Shown: positions 10,397-21,302 of the stretch, one piece after another
How the letters are laid out: every line of letters starts with the position of its first letter
Numbering within the stretch: the stretch's first letter is position 1
Source: an uncultured Gemmatimonadales bacterium
Lineage (GTDB): Bacteria > Gemmatimonadota > Gemmatimonadetes > Gemmatimonadales > GWC2-71-9
NCBI GenBank assembly: GCA_963842945.1
Contig: CAWJIM010000018.1
Coordinates: 64,001 to 128,000 of the forward strand
Direction: 5' to 3'
Length of the DNA: 64,000 nucleotides
The notes under the pieces: generated by a model
Seen by the model: only the letters and a program-made list of their open reading frames with translations
Databases searched by the model: none
What the model was told of the DNA's origin: nothing
Program-made: the position numbers and the translations under genes

Positions 10397-11569
10397 GATA
10401 AGACGAGCGAACCAGCATCAGAGCGGCGGGAGTTCGGGACCCTGCGGCTGCGTGGCCGCATCTGGTGGCTACGCTACGTGTCGATGGCCGCGGAGCACGA
10501 GGAGAGTTCTCACTCGACCAGCCGCCGGGAGGCCGAGAAGCTCCTTGCCCGTCGCCAAGCGGAGTCGCGGTGGGCAGCTCACTGCTCCAGACCAAAGCGG
10601 GTCACGTTTAGCGATCTGGCCCAGATGATCCGCGACGACTACAGGGTCCGAGGCCGGCGCTCCACCGTGACGCTGGAGGGGAGTCTCGCCAATCTGGAAG
10701 GCGTTCTTCGGTGCCTGCCGGGCGCTCGCCATCACCAGTGACCGCATTACCACCTATGAGCGGGAGCGACTCGACGCTGGAGCCGCACGGGCGACGGTCA
10801 ACAAAGAATTGGCCGCACTCCGTCGGGCCTTCAACCTCGCCGTGAAAGCACGTCGGCTCCCCGTCTCGGCCAAACCCGTCCATCTCAACCCCCGACCCAC
10901 ACAACGCCCGGTCGGGATTCTTTGAGGAGTCTGACTTTCGCGCTGTGGTTGGCAGAATTGCCCGAAGCCCTTCGGCCTGCTCTTGAGTTCGCCTACTTCA
11001 CCGGCTGGCGGGTGCAGGACGAAGTGATGGCCCTGACATGGGCACAAGTCGATTTTGCGGCCGGGACCGTGCGGCTGGAGCCAAACACGACCAAGAGTGG
11101 CAAGGGGCGGACGTTCCCCTTCTCTGCTCTGCCCGAGCTGGCGGCACTCCTGGAGCGGCAGCGGGCGCATACCGACACTGTAGAACGGCGAGAGGGCGCG
11201 GTGATCCCCGACGTATTCCACCGGAACGGCCGGCCGATCAAGAGCTATCACGGCGCATGGTGGGCAGCGTGCAAGCGGGCAGCAGTGGAGAAGCGTGGCG
11301 GGTTAGAGATTGTGGTCCGTCCTCGGGTAGTGGGTCGGACGCCTCACGACTTCCGGCGCACCGCGGCCCGCAATCTCATTCGGGCTGGCGTCCCTCAACA
11401 CGTCGTGATGCAGCTCTGCGGCTGGAAAACGGACGCGATGTTTAGCCGTTACGCGATCGTTGACGAGCGGGACCTGCAGAGTGCGGTAGAAATGCTGGCT
11501 AAGGGGACAACCGGGGGACAATCGAGGGAAAAGGCTTTGAGTGCTGTCCGGAAGAGCAATGCTAAGTGA
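10397..11569 (+). CDS. int: tyrosine recombinase / phage-type integrase (several frameshifts; start uncertain)
   Basis: GTLRLRGRIWWLRY arm-binding region, ATVNKELAALRRAFNLA, FTGWR, TKSG, HDFRRT, CGW, FSRY catalytic motifs. Confidence 0.9.
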
Positions 11570-11582
11570 TTGTCGTGTAACA

Positions 11583-11666
11583 TGCCCGGGGCGGGACTCG
11601 AACCCGCACGGCCTTTCAGCCAAGGGATTTTAAGTCCCTTGCGTCTACCGATTTCGCCACCCGGGC
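11583..11666 (-). tRNA. tRNA-Leu(TAA), CCA not encoded
   Basis: GCCCGGGTGGCGAAATCGGTAGACGCAAGGGAC-TTAAAA-TCCCT.. long variable arm..GGTTCGAGTCCCGCCCCGGGCA. Confidence 0.97.
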
Positions 11667-11690
11667 CTGGGGATGACGAAATATACCGTT

Positions 11691-12878
11691 TCAGCCCGGG
11701 ATCGCTTCCCGCCGCACGCCGGCCGACGCGCGCGTGCTCCAGGTCTCGGGCCACCGGCCAAACCGCGACTGAAAATCCCCCGCGATATCCGCCACGATTC
11801 TCCGCTCCTCCTCGGCCGGCGCCAGGACTACCACCGCACCGCCCCAGCCGGCGCCGGTCAGCCGCGCCCCATACGCCCCGTGCGCGACCGCAGAGTCCAC
11901 GATCAGGTCGGCTTCGGGGATGGTGGACTCGTAGTCATCCCGAAGTGACGCGTGGCCCTCCACCAGCAATCGGCCCAGGCCAACCAGATCGCGCGCCGCC
12001 AGCGCACGGGCCGCCGCCCGGGTGCGAGCCGTCTCGGTGACGACATGGCGCACCCGGGGCACCAGCGGAGGCGGCAGCCGCCGCTCCACCTGCGGCAGGT
12101 CCGCGGGCATGAGCTGCGCCAGATACTCGAGTCCAGGTCTCCAGTCGCGGCAAAAGGCCAACGCCTCCTCGCACTCCTTCCGCCGCTGGTTGAGCGAGCC
12201 GCCGGTGAGCCGGTGCGACAAGCCGGTCTCGACGATCCACAGCCGTCCCGGAAACGGCACCCGCTGAGTGGTCATTGTCGCAGTCTCGAACAGAAGGGCG
12301 GAACCTCGCTCACCCTGCGCCGCTATTGTCTGATCCATCCGGCCGCAGCGGACGCCCACCTGGAAATTCTCCGCCCGGAACGCCACCTCGGCCAGTTGGG
12401 CTGGAGTGAGTCGCTTGCCGGCCAGCAGACTCAGCGCCTTGGCGGCGGACACGGTCAACGCCGCGGAGGACGAAAGGCCAGCGCCGATGGGTAAGGTCGT
12501 CGCAATGGAGAGCTCCGCGCCCGGCGGTGCCACGCGCAGCTCCCGAAGCTCTCGGACCACGCCCACGATGTAATCGGTCCACATCTCGCGGGTGGGTGCG
12601 GCGATCTCGACCTGCTGCACCGATTCATCGGTGTCTGATGTCAACATCCATCCATCGGCCACCCGCGCCGCTATTGCGGTCCGGCGTTCGATCGCTACCG
12701 GCAGCACCGGTCCACCGTTGTAATCGGTGTGCTCGCCGATCAGGTTGACTCGTCCCGGAGCCGACGCGACGATGCTGGGCCGGGTGGAAAAGCGGGAGGT
12801 AAACAGCGAACTTGCCAGCCTTGCCGACGACACAGGACTCACGCTGGACGGCTTTTCTCGGGAGGGACTTTGGGGCAT
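11691..12878 (-). CDS. galK: galactokinase
   Basis: APGRVNLIGEHTDYN, GAGLSSSAA, CGRMDQ, GARLTGAGWGG. Confidence 0.95.
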   Translation of the reverse strand: MPQSPSREKPSSVSPVSSARLASSLFTSRFSTRPSIVASAPGRVNLIGEHTDYNGGPVLPVAIERRTAIAARVADGWMLTSDTDESVQQVEIAAPTREMWTDYIVGVVRELRELRVAPPGAELSIATTLPIGAGLSSSAALTVSAAKALSLLAGKRLTPAQLAEVAFRAENFQVGVRCGRMDQTIAAQGERGSALLFETATMTTQRVPFPGRLWIVETGLSHRLTGGSLNQRRKECEEALAFCRDWRPGLEYLAQLMPADLPQVERRLPPPLVPRVRHVVTETARTRAAARALAARDLVGLGRLLVEGHASLRDDYESTIPEADLIVDSAVAHGAYGARLTGAGWGGAVVVLAPAEEERRIVADIAGDFQSRFGRWPETWSTRASAGVRREAIPG

Positions 12879-12881
12879 TGC

Positions 12882-14411
12882 GTGCGACGCCTCGGAATAG
12901 TGGCTTGCCTGGTACTGCCCTGTCGGGCCGTCGCCCAGCTGCCTCCACTCGGTGTCCCCGGGGGTGTGGTCCGACTGGAGCTGGACGGGAGATTCACGAC
13001 CTTCGATCGCCGTTTTTTCAACGGCCAGCGGGAGGGCTACGGAGCCGACCTCTCCAGCCCGGCGCTCGGCAGCGACCGCATCCCGCTGCTGGCGGATGCG
13101 GATGCACGAGTTGGCCGCATCATCGGCAATGCAGGCTATCGGATCAATCTAGGGGGGCTGACCACCGACGCGCAGGCCAGTGCCGGGACCGGCTTCATCG
13201 GCCTGAGCCTCGGGCTCACCAGTCACATCGCCATTTTCGGCCGCGTGCCGCTGGTGCAAACCAAAGTCCAAAGCTCCAGGCTGCTGGACCCGGCCACGGC
13301 CGATGCCGGAATCAGCCCTTCGATTGACCAGCAGTTTCCCTTCTTCAGCCAGATGGATGCGTCGCTGTCCACCCTCAGCGCCAGGATCTCGGCCGGCGAT
13401 TATGACGCCAATCCCTCCCAGAAAGCGTTAGCCCAGAGCACCCTGGCCGATGCCACCGCACTGCGCGATGATCTCTTCGGTCTGCTGGGCGACCCCACCA
13501 CCGCGGCTCCTGCACTCCCCACGAGCGCGAGCGCAGCGGGTGCCGCAATCGATTCGCGAGTCGTCGCACTCCAGACCACTCTCTCGTCCGATCTCGGGGT
13601 AACCGGATTCACGCTCACTCCGGCACTCCCCGCCAGCGCCATCACCGAGCCCGAACTGACCGGCCTGCTGACCGATCCCACGGGGCCGATAGCCCTGCGG
13701 CTCAACGACGCGACCCAGACCTTTCGCGGCGATGCGGAGGTCGGCACCTCGTTCACGCTGGTGGATCACTGGGACCGTGGGGCTGATCGGGGTGGGTTCC
13801 GCGCTGCCCTCTCGGGACTGGTTCGGCTGCCGACCGGCCTACGGGAAAGCCCGGACCGGCCTCTCGATCTCGGCACGGGTCAGGGTCAGACGGATATCCA
13901 GGTGGATCTGGTCACCGATCTGGGAACGGGCGCGTTCGGAGCGCGTCTCACCGGCAGCTACGTGCGGCAACAGGGTTCAGACATCCTCGTCCGGGTCGCC
14001 AGCCCCAGCCAGCCATTCGCCGGTCGCGACCGGCTGGCCATCGTTCGCCGCGATCCGGGGGACATCGTCGCCCTGGGCGTACATCCCTTCTACCGGCTGG
14101 CTCGCACCTTCGCCCTCACGGCTGGCCTGGACCATTGGACCCACGGCACGGACGTGGTGTCCTATGCCCATCCCGAGCTGCCGGTTCCCGGAGTGGACGC
14201 GAGTCTATACGCCGAGGAAAGCAAAGCGAATGCAACGATGCTGACGGCGGGAGTGACCTACGCCAATCCAGGTGGGCTTCGTCCGGGAGGAAACGGCCTG
14301 CCGGTGGACGCCACCTTGACCTACGAGCGGGTGCTCCGGGCCGGCGGCGGCCGAGTGCCGGACACGCACGCCATCCGGACGACTCTCAACGTGTACTTCG
14401 GTCTTTGGTAG
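12882..14411 (+). CDS. secreted / outer-membrane beta-barrel-like hypothetical protein
   Basis: Signal peptide ending AVA-Q, amphipathic beta strands, C-terminal VYFGLW. Confidence 0.75.
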   Translation: MRRLGIVACLVLPCRAVAQLPPLGVPGGVVRLELDGRFTTFDRRFFNGQREGYGADLSSPALGSDRIPLLADADARVGRIIGNAGYRINLGGLTTDAQASAGTGFIGLSLGLTSHIAIFGRVPLVQTKVQSSRLLDPATADAGISPSIDQQFPFFSQMDASLSTLSARISAGDYDANPSQKALAQSTLADATALRDDLFGLLGDPTTAAPALPTSASAAGAAIDSRVVALQTTLSSDLGVTGFTLTPALPASAITEPELTGLLTDPTGPIALRLNDATQTFRGDAEVGTSFTLVDHWDRGADRGGFRAALSGLVRLPTGLRESPDRPLDLGTGQGQTDIQVDLVTDLGTGAFGARLTGSYVRQQGSDILVRVASPSQPFAGRDRLAIVRRDPGDIVALGVHPFYRLARTFALTAGLDHWTHGTDVVSYAHPELPVPGVDASLYAEESKANATMLTAGVTYANPGGLRPGGNGLPVDATLTYERVLRAGGGRVPDTHAIRTTLNVYFGLW

Positions 14412-16068
14412 CTCGCTCGCTTCGCAGCATGGCCTGGGCATGACGGCGCGCGGCGTCGCCCTCCGCGTCGCCCAGCATCCGGGCAATCTCGTTGATCCGA
14501 TCCTCCCCGTGCAGAACCTGCACGTCGCTGGTGGCAATGCCCCGGCGAGCCTCCTTTGAGACCACCAGATGGTTGTCGGCCCGAGCCGCGATCTGGGGAA
14601 GATGGGTGATCACCAGCACCTGATGGCGTTCCGCGACATCAGCCAGCGCCCCCCCCACCTGCACTCCCACTTCCCCGCCGATTCCCTGATCCACCTCGTC
14701 GAACACCAGCGTTGCGATGGCATCGTGCTTCACCAGCACCACCTTGAGCGCGAGCATGAGGCGGGACAGCTCGCCACCCGAGGCTACCCGGGCGAGGGGC
14801 TTGGCCTCGAGTCCCACGTTGAGCTGGACCATGAGCTGGACGGCCTCTTGCCCGTGAGGTCCCGGCTCCGCGGAGGGGACGAGCACCACCGTGAGCTTTC
14901 CACCAGGGAGACCGAGCTGGGGAAGCAACCGGTTTACCCCGCGCACCAGACGGTCTGCCGCCGCCTGTCTTTTCGCGCTGAGCTGCCGGCATGCCTCCTC
15001 CAGCGTCCGCTCGGCGGCCATACGTCGGGCACCCAACCCGCGCAGGTCGGTGTCAGCGGTATCCAGCAGATCGAGCTCGGCGGCGGACTCCTCCCGGGTG
15101 GCCAGTACGGCCTCGAGCGAGGCTCCATATTTTCCGGTGAGGCGAAACAGAAGGTCGCGGCGTCGCTCCACCGCGGCGAGCCGGTCGGGATCTTCCTGAA
15201 CCGCCGCCGCGTAGTCGGTCGCGAGCCGGCTGAGCTCCGACAGATTGGCGTACGCTCCATCCAGCAGCTCTCGCCATTCGGCAGTGGCGGGGTCGACCCT
15301 CTCCAACGAGGTGAGCGCCCGATTGGCCAGGCCGAGAACGCCGAGGGCGTTTCCTTCGTCGCCTTCCAGCGCGTCGACCATGCGCTGGGCCTGCTCCACC
15401 AGGGCGCGGGCCTGAGTCAGCCGGCGGGCCTCGACCTGAAGCGCCTCATCCTCCCCGGGCTTGATCCCGGCACCGTCGATCTCATCCACCACGTGCCTCA
15501 GATAATCGGCGCGGCGGCGGACTTCATCCCGGCGGGCGGTCAGGGAGGACTCCTCGTCCTTGAGGGTGGAGACCAGCTTATACGTCTCGGCGACCGCGAT
15601 TCGTTCCGCCTCCGCGTGCGCGAACGCGTCGAGAATATTCCGCTGGGCCTCTGGATGCAGCAGAGACTGGGTTTCGTGCTGGCCATGGAGATCCACCAGC
15701 AGTCCGCCCAGCTCACCCAATACCGCTGCGGTGGTGGGGCTGCCATTGACCCAGGCTCGCGATCTTCCCTCGGTGGAGACCTCGCGCCGTACTACCACCC
15801 TGCCGTCTTCCACGTCCAATCCCAGATCTTCGATTCTTCGACGGGTATCTGATTCGATTTCCTCGAATGCTCCTTCCACCACGGCTTTGGCCGCGGTGGG
15901 CCGGACGCTGCCCGCAGCGGCACGCTCGCCCAGCAGAAGTGCCAGGGCATCGACCAACATGGATTTGCCGGCGCCGGTTTCCCCGGTCAGCACGTTGAGA
16001 CCGGGACCAAGGTGCAGGCTTACATCGGCGATGGTGGCGAGATCTCGTACTCGAAGCTCGGTGAGCAT
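14386..16068 (-). CDS. recN: DNA repair protein RecN
   Basis: GETGAGKS, ASGGELSR, FDEVDQG, ITHLPQIA. Confidence 0.97.
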   Translation of the reverse strand: MLTELRVRDLATIADVSLHLGPGLNVLTGETGAGKSMLVDALALLLGERAAAGSVRPTAAKAVVEGAFEEIESDTRRRIEDLGLDVEDGRVVVRREVSTEGRSRAWVNGSPTTAAVLGELGGLLVDLHGQHETQSLLHPEAQRNILDAFAHAEAERIAVAETYKLVSTLKDEESSLTARRDEVRRRADYLRHVVDEIDGAGIKPGEDEALQVEARRLTQARALVEQAQRMVDALEGDEGNALGVLGLANRALTSLERVDPATAEWRELLDGAYANLSELSRLATDYAAAVQEDPDRLAAVERRRDLLFRLTGKYGASLEAVLATREESAAELDLLDTADTDLRGLGARRMAAERTLEEACRQLSAKRQAAADRLVRGVNRLLPQLGLPGGKLTVVLVPSAEPGPHGQEAVQLMVQLNVGLEAKPLARVASGGELSRLMLALKVVLVKHDAIATLVFDEVDQGIGGEVGVQVGGALADVAERHQVLVITHLPQIAARADNHLVVSKEARRGIATSDVQVLHGEDRINEIARMLGDAEGDAARRHAQAMLRSERATKDRSTR

Positions 16069-16076
16069 AGTGCGAC

Positions 16077-16946
16077 TCAGTCCTTCGTCTCCCTCCCGGA
16101 CAGGTCACCCCAATGCAGCTTATGCCGCATCCGGCTGAAGAAGCCTTCGTCTCCCAGCCGGATGAGACAGACTCGGTGATCGGCGCGGCACACCTCTACC
16201 GATTCACCGGGGGCCAGGGTGGTGCCGGTCTGTCCGTCGAACGAAACGAGCAGGTCGTCTGACCAGCCGGCAATCGGCTCAATCACGATGCGATAGGTGG
16301 CCGGCACCACCAGCGGCCGTACCGCCAGCGTGTGAGCGGCGATGGGCGTAACCAGCATCGCCTCCACGCCCGGTACCACAATCGGGCCGCCTGCACTCAG
16401 GCTGTAGGCGGTCGAGCCGGTTGGCGTGGCGACAATGAGGCCATCGGCACTATACGGTCCGACGTTCTCGCCCTGGATGTAGACGTTCACCCGGATGACC
16501 CGGGCCACGCCTCCCTTGTGCACCGCGACGTCGTTCACGGCCATCTGGGTCGAGCGGGTCTCGTTCTCCCCATCCCGGATGCCGGCCCGGAGTGCCTGGC
16601 GGCGCTCGATCAGGTAGCGCCCCGTCACCAGCGCATCGAGAGCAGGATCCAGAGTTTCCGGCGTAACCGAGGTGAGGAAACCCACCCGGCCCAGATTGAC
16701 TCCCAAGATGGGGATCTCCTGAGCATCGAGCAGACGCGCCCCGCGGAGCAAGGTCCCGTCTCCGCCGAAGGTGATCAGCGCATCGAGCCGGACGGAATCA
16801 AAGACGGGGACGTCGCGGCCCCAGAAAGGCGCCAGCCGTGATTCGCTGTAGAGGGAGATCCCCCGGGAGGGAGCGGCAAGAGTCAGTTGCTCCAGCATTC
16901 CTTTGAGGTCCCCGTACCGCGGGTTCCCCACGACCCCGACCTTCAT
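16077..16946 (-). CDS. nadK: NAD kinase
   Basis: GGDGT, ND, DGLIVATPTGSTAYSLSAGGP. Confidence 0.96.
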   Translation of the reverse strand: MKVGVVGNPRYGDLKGMLEQLTLAAPSRGISLYSESRLAPFWGRDVPVFDSVRLDALITFGGDGTLLRGARLLDAQEIPILGVNLGRVGFLTSVTPETLDPALDALVTGRYLIERRQALRAGIRDGENETRSTQMAVNDVAVHKGGVARVIRVNVYIQGENVGPYSADGLIVATPTGSTAYSLSAGGPIVVPGVEAMLVTPIAAHTLAVRPLVVPATYRIVIEPIAGWSDDLLVSFDGQTGTTLAPGESVEVCRADHRVCLIRLGDEGFFSRMRHKLHWGDLSGRETKD

Positions 16947-18839
16947 CGGGCCTCGAGACTTTCCTCGTGCTGCAGCGCGGTGATCCGCCGGGCAATGCCC
17001 GCTGGCGTCAGCCCGTAGGTGTCGAGCTGCTCTGCCCGCGGCGCCTGCTCGATGAGGCGGTCCGGCACTCCCAGGGCCACTACCCTCACCTCGGGATGCG
17101 TCGTCTGCAGAGTCTCTGCCAGATATGCCCCGAATCCGTTGACGATGGTGCCTTCCTCCACGGTCACCAGCACCCGGTGGTGCTGGGCCAGCGATTCGAG
17201 CATGGCCGTATCCATCGGCTTCAGGAAACGGCAGTTCACCACGGCGCAGTCGAGCCCGTCAGGCGCCAGAAGCTCGGCCGCTTCCAGCGCCGGCATCACC
17301 ATGGTGCCGGTGGCCAGGATGGCGACGTCTTTGCCGCGCCGCAACTGTTCCCAGGTTCCGTAGGGCACATCCGGGATCTCCGAGATCGGACTGAGCTCGG
17401 CCGGAGCCTTGTCGCGCGGGTAGCGGGTGCTGAAGGGGCCATGGTGCTGCAGCGCAGTGCGGAGCAGCCCGATCAACTCGTCGCCATCCTTGGGTGCGGT
17501 GACCGTCATTCCCGGCACGGCCAGCAGGTACGCGATGTCGTACAGACCCATGTGGGTCTGCCCATCTTCGCCGACCAGTCCCGCCCGGTCCATGCAGAAG
17601 ATGACCGGCAGCTGCTGCACCGCAACGTCGTGAATGACGTTGTCGTAGGCCCGTTGCAGGAAGGTGCTGTAGATGGCGCAGACCGGCCGAATGCCCTGCG
17701 TGGCCAGGCCGGCGGCGAACGTTACGGCGTGCCCTTCGGCAATGCCGACATCGAAGAACCGCTCCGGGTACTTCTCCTGAAACATCGCCGGTGCCGGTGC
17801 CGGAGGGCATGGCCGCGGTGATGGCGACCATCTCCGGGTGCTCGACGGCCAGCGCCGTGAGACCGGTCCCGAGGACCTGGGTCCAGGTAGGTGGACCACT
17901 CGCCTTCTTTCGTGCCTCCCCGGTGACCGGATCGTACGCCGCCAGGCCGTGCCACTTCTCCTGGTTGGACTCGGCAAAGGAGAAGCCCTTCCCCTTCTGG
18001 GTGATGACGTGAACCACACGGGGACCCTCCATGCCACGCACGAACTTCAGGGTATCGCACAGCTTGGACAGATCGTGGCCGTCGATCGGTCCGAAGTACC
18101 GGAAGCCCAGCTCCTCGAACAGCATGCCGGGGGAGAACAGGTTCTTCACGCTCTCTTCGACATTGCGGGCAAAATCCACCAGACCTTCTCCGAACACTCC
18201 GCCTAGGGCAAAGGTCAGTCCCTTGATCCGCTCGCGCAGCTTGTTGGTACGCGGGTCGGCCACGATCCGTCCCAGCATCTTGCTGATGGCGCCGACGTTG
18301 GGGGAGATGGACATCCCATTGTCGTTGACGATGAGGATGATGTCCCGCTCGGAGTGCCCCGCGTTGTTCATGCCCTCGTACGACAGGCCGCAGGTCAGCG
18401 CGCCATCGCCCACGATGGCCACCACCTTGTGCTGCTCACCCTTGAGGTCGCGCGCCGTGGCTATGCCGAGCGCGGCCGACATGGCAGTGCCCGCGTGACC
18501 GGCACCAAACTGATCGTGCTGGCTCTCGCTTCGCTTCAGAAAGCCGGAAATCCCGTCCCGCTGGCGCAGGCTGGTAAACTGGTCGTTGCGTCCGGTCAGA
18601 AGCTTCCAGGCATAGGCCTGATGCCCGACATCCCAGACAATCTTGTCGACCGGAGACTCGAACTCATAGAGCAGCGCGATGGTGAGCTCGACCACCCCCA
18701 GGCTTGCGCCGATGTGACCGCCGGTGATCGAACAGCCCTCGATGAGGCGGTCGCGAATCTCCTGCGCGAGCTGGGGCAGCTGGTCGCGCTTGAGACGCTT
18801 CAGGTCTAGGGGAGACTTGATTGCGGAGAGCAAGGACAT
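16943..18839 (-). CDS. dxs: 1-deoxy-D-xylulose-5-phosphate synthase (frameshift near 17790)
   Basis: GGHIGASLGVVEL, DVGHQ, GDGA, DVGIAEGHAV, DRAGLVGEDG. Confidence 0.95.
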
Positions 18840-18860
18840 TCGCGAGTGAACCGGTTTCAA

Positions 18861-18948
18861 TCATCCCGAGCGCAGCGAGGGATCCCCAGCCTGGTGCGCT
18901 TGCGACCAGCGGGCAAGATCCCTCGTTCGCTGCGCTCCCTCGGGATGA
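18861..18948. repeat. REP-like palindromic element
   Basis: TCATCCCGAGCGCAGCGAGGGATC...GATCCCTCGTTCGCTGCGCTCCCTCGGGATGA. Confidence 0.8.
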
Positions 18949-18978
18949 GGAATGGGAACGACAGCGGCTTAACTCTTC

Positions 18979-19900
18979 TTAGGATGTCCTGTTTACAATA
19001 TATCCCGCCAGGGCTCCCAGCGCGTCCGACGGGATGCCGGCACGGTCGAGGTGAGCCACTGCCCGGTGAGCCAGCTGTTGGGCCTCCGTCCGCGCCCCCT
19101 CGATCCCGAGCAGGGCTACATAAGTGGACTTGGAGAGCTCGACATCGCGCCCCGCGGGCTTCCCCAGTTCCTCACTGGTGCCGGTGGCGTCGAGCACGTC
19201 GTCCGCAATCTGAAAGGCGAGCCCGATATCTTCGCCGTATGCCGTGAGTGCTTCGAGCTGGGCTGGGGGAGCCTGGGCGGACATCCCGCCCAACCTGCAG
19301 GCCGCGCGGATCAGCGCCCCCGTCTTGCCCCGGTGTACCTCCATGAGCTCCTGCAGCGATAGGCTTCTTCCCTCAGCCTCGAGGTCGAGCCACTGGCCTC
19401 CGACCATGCCGGAGATGCCACCAGCCTCGAAGAGCTCCACCGCCATGTTCCCCAGCGCCGAAGCTGGGAAGCCCGAGATCGCGCACAGCGACCGACAGGA
19501 GCCACCCGGCAACGGGGACCAGCAGGAATCCGACCCGGGTTGCGGTCGGCACGTCAAAAGCCCGATGCGCCGTGGGACGCCCCCGGCGCAGGTCATCATT
19601 GTCCATGCAGGGGAGATCGTCGTGCACCAGGGAGTAGGCGTGAACCGTTTCAACGGCTGCCGCCACCCCGGCAATACCGGATGAGCTGCCGCCGAGGGAA
19701 CGGTACGCGCCGAGCAGGAGCGCGGCCCGAACCCGTTTTCCTGGAGTTCGCAGCGCATACGCCAGCGCCTGTCCGTTGCGTCCTTCCAATTCGGACTGGA
19801 GATGCTCGGACCAATCGCTGAGCAGGGTGTCGATGGACTCCCTGGCCTCGAGCAGCAGATCGGTTGCCGCTGCTGCCGTACCGAAACCCGCCTCACTCAT
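18979..19900 (-). CDS. ispA: polyprenyl (farnesyl) diphosphate synthase (frameshifted)
   Basis: GKRVR, HDDLPCMDNDDLRRGRP, GQWLD, KTG, FQIADD. Confidence 0.93.
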
Positions 19901-20138
19901 CCAGGTCGGTGAGTCTGATGTCGCCGCCGGCCTCCTCCAGCACCGCCTGGACCTTGAGCTCGGCGGCCGCCAGCCGCTCCCGGGCCGACCGGAGCCGGGC
20001 GACCCCTTCCTCGAACAGCGTCAGGGCAGCGTCCAGGTCCACATCGTCAGCTTCCAGCCGGCGGACGATCTCCTCGAGCCGGGCCAGCTCGTCCGCCAGC
20101 GGTGCGCCAGTGGATCCACCATTTCCGGTTTTGGCCAT
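19893..20138 (-). CDS. xseB: exodeoxyribonuclease VII small subunit
   Basis: LEEIVRRLE..LDAALTLFEEG; synteny. Confidence 0.93.
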   Translation of the reverse strand: MAKTGNGGSTGAPLADELARLEEIVRRLEADDVDLDAALTLFEEGVARLRSARERLAAAELKVQAVLEEAGGDIRLTDLDE

Positions 20139-20141
20139 GGT

Positions 20142-21293
20142 CTACTCCACCCGGGCGCGGACGGCGCCGTCTGCTACCCGCAACTGGAAGGGGAGATTCG
20201 GGACGAAGTCGGCTTTCTGCTTGAGCACTCGTCCATCCTCTCCCCGCGCCACTGCGTAGCCACGTCCCAGCACTCGCAGCGGACTCAGCGCATCCAACTG
20301 CACCGCGAGTCGCTCCGTCTGACTCCGCCGTCTCTGGAGTCCCACCTCGATGGCGGCCTGCAGACGGTCGCCGGTACGCGCGAGCCGGGCCGAGGCCAGC
20401 CTGGTCCGAGCGGTAAGCCCGGCAGCGAGTCGGCCGGAGAGATCGTCCACCAATCGCAGCACGTCCCGCCGATCGGGGACAGCCAGCTCCGCGGCGGCGG
20501 ACGGCGTGGCAGCTCGCACATCGGCAACCAGGTCGGTGAGTGAAATGTCCACTTCGTGGCCCACCGCCGAGATGGTGGGCACGCGTACATCGGCCAGCGC
20601 GCGGCACACTGGTTCGCTGTTGAAGGCCGCGAGATCCTCCCTCGCACCGCCGCCGCGCCCCAGGATGCAGAGATCAACCCGGCGCAAGCGATTCACCTGA
20701 CGAAGGGCACGCACCAGCTCTTCGACCGCGCCTTCACCCTGGACTCTGGCGCCGAGCACCAGCAGCCGGACACCGGGCCAGCGCTTGCGGGTGACGGTGA
20801 CAATGTCGTGCACCGCCGCCCCATCGCGGCTGGTCACCAGGGCTATCAGGGAGGGATAGGTCGGGAGCCTGCGCTTGCGAGCGGGGTCGAACAGTCCATC
20901 CTGGTGCAGGAGGGCTCTGACTCGCTCGAGCTCCTGCTGCTGCCGCCCGAGAGCGGAGGTGGGCAGCATCCGGGAAACGACCAGCTGGAATTCGCCCTTC
21001 TCCTCGTACAGCGCGGGCTTGCCCAGCACATACACCTCGGTGCCGTCCGCGGGAGGCTTTCCGGCCCGCATGGTATTCAGCCGAAACATGCAGCAGCGCA
21101 CCTGGCTGCCCGCATCGCGCAGGGTGAAATACCAGTGTCCGCTGGAGTAGGCCTTGCATTGCACCACTTCACCCCGAACCCAGAGCTGGATGCCGTGCTT
21201 CTCGATCAATCGCTTGACCGAAGCACTCAGCTGGGAGACGGACCAGACCTGATCGGTTGCAGCGGGGGACCCCAGGCTCAACGGCAGAGTCAT
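20142..21293 (-). CDS. xseA: exodeoxyribonuclease VII large subunit
   Basis: SGHWYFTL, RGGG, AVGHE.D, TPSAAAE. Confidence 0.96.
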   Translation of the reverse strand: MTLPLSLGSPAATDQVWSVSQLSASVKRLIEKHGIQLWVRGEVVQCKAYSSGHWYFTLRDAGSQVRCCMFRLNTMRAGKPPADGTEVYVLGKPALYEEKGEFQLVVSRMLPTSALGRQQQELERVRALLHQDGLFDPARKRRLPTYPSLIALVTSRDGAAVHDIVTVTRKRWPGVRLLVLGARVQGEGAVEELVRALRQVNRLRRVDLCILGRGGGAREDLAAFNSEPVCRALADVRVPTISAVGHEVDISLTDLVADVRAATPSAAAELAVPDRRDVLRLVDDLSGRLAAGLTARTRLASARLARTGDRLQAAIEVGLQRRRSQTERLAVQLDALSPLRVLGRGYAVARGEDGRVLKQKADFVPNLPFQLRVADGAVRARVE

Positions 21294-21302
21294 ACGGGAA
21301 GA

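Larger units (their letters stand above)
4060..11638. mobile_element. tRNA-Leu-integrated genomic island (~7.5 kb)
   Basis: 56-bp att duplication, tyrosine integrase next to the tRNA, paired GGGGACA repeats at both ends. Confidence 0.9.
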
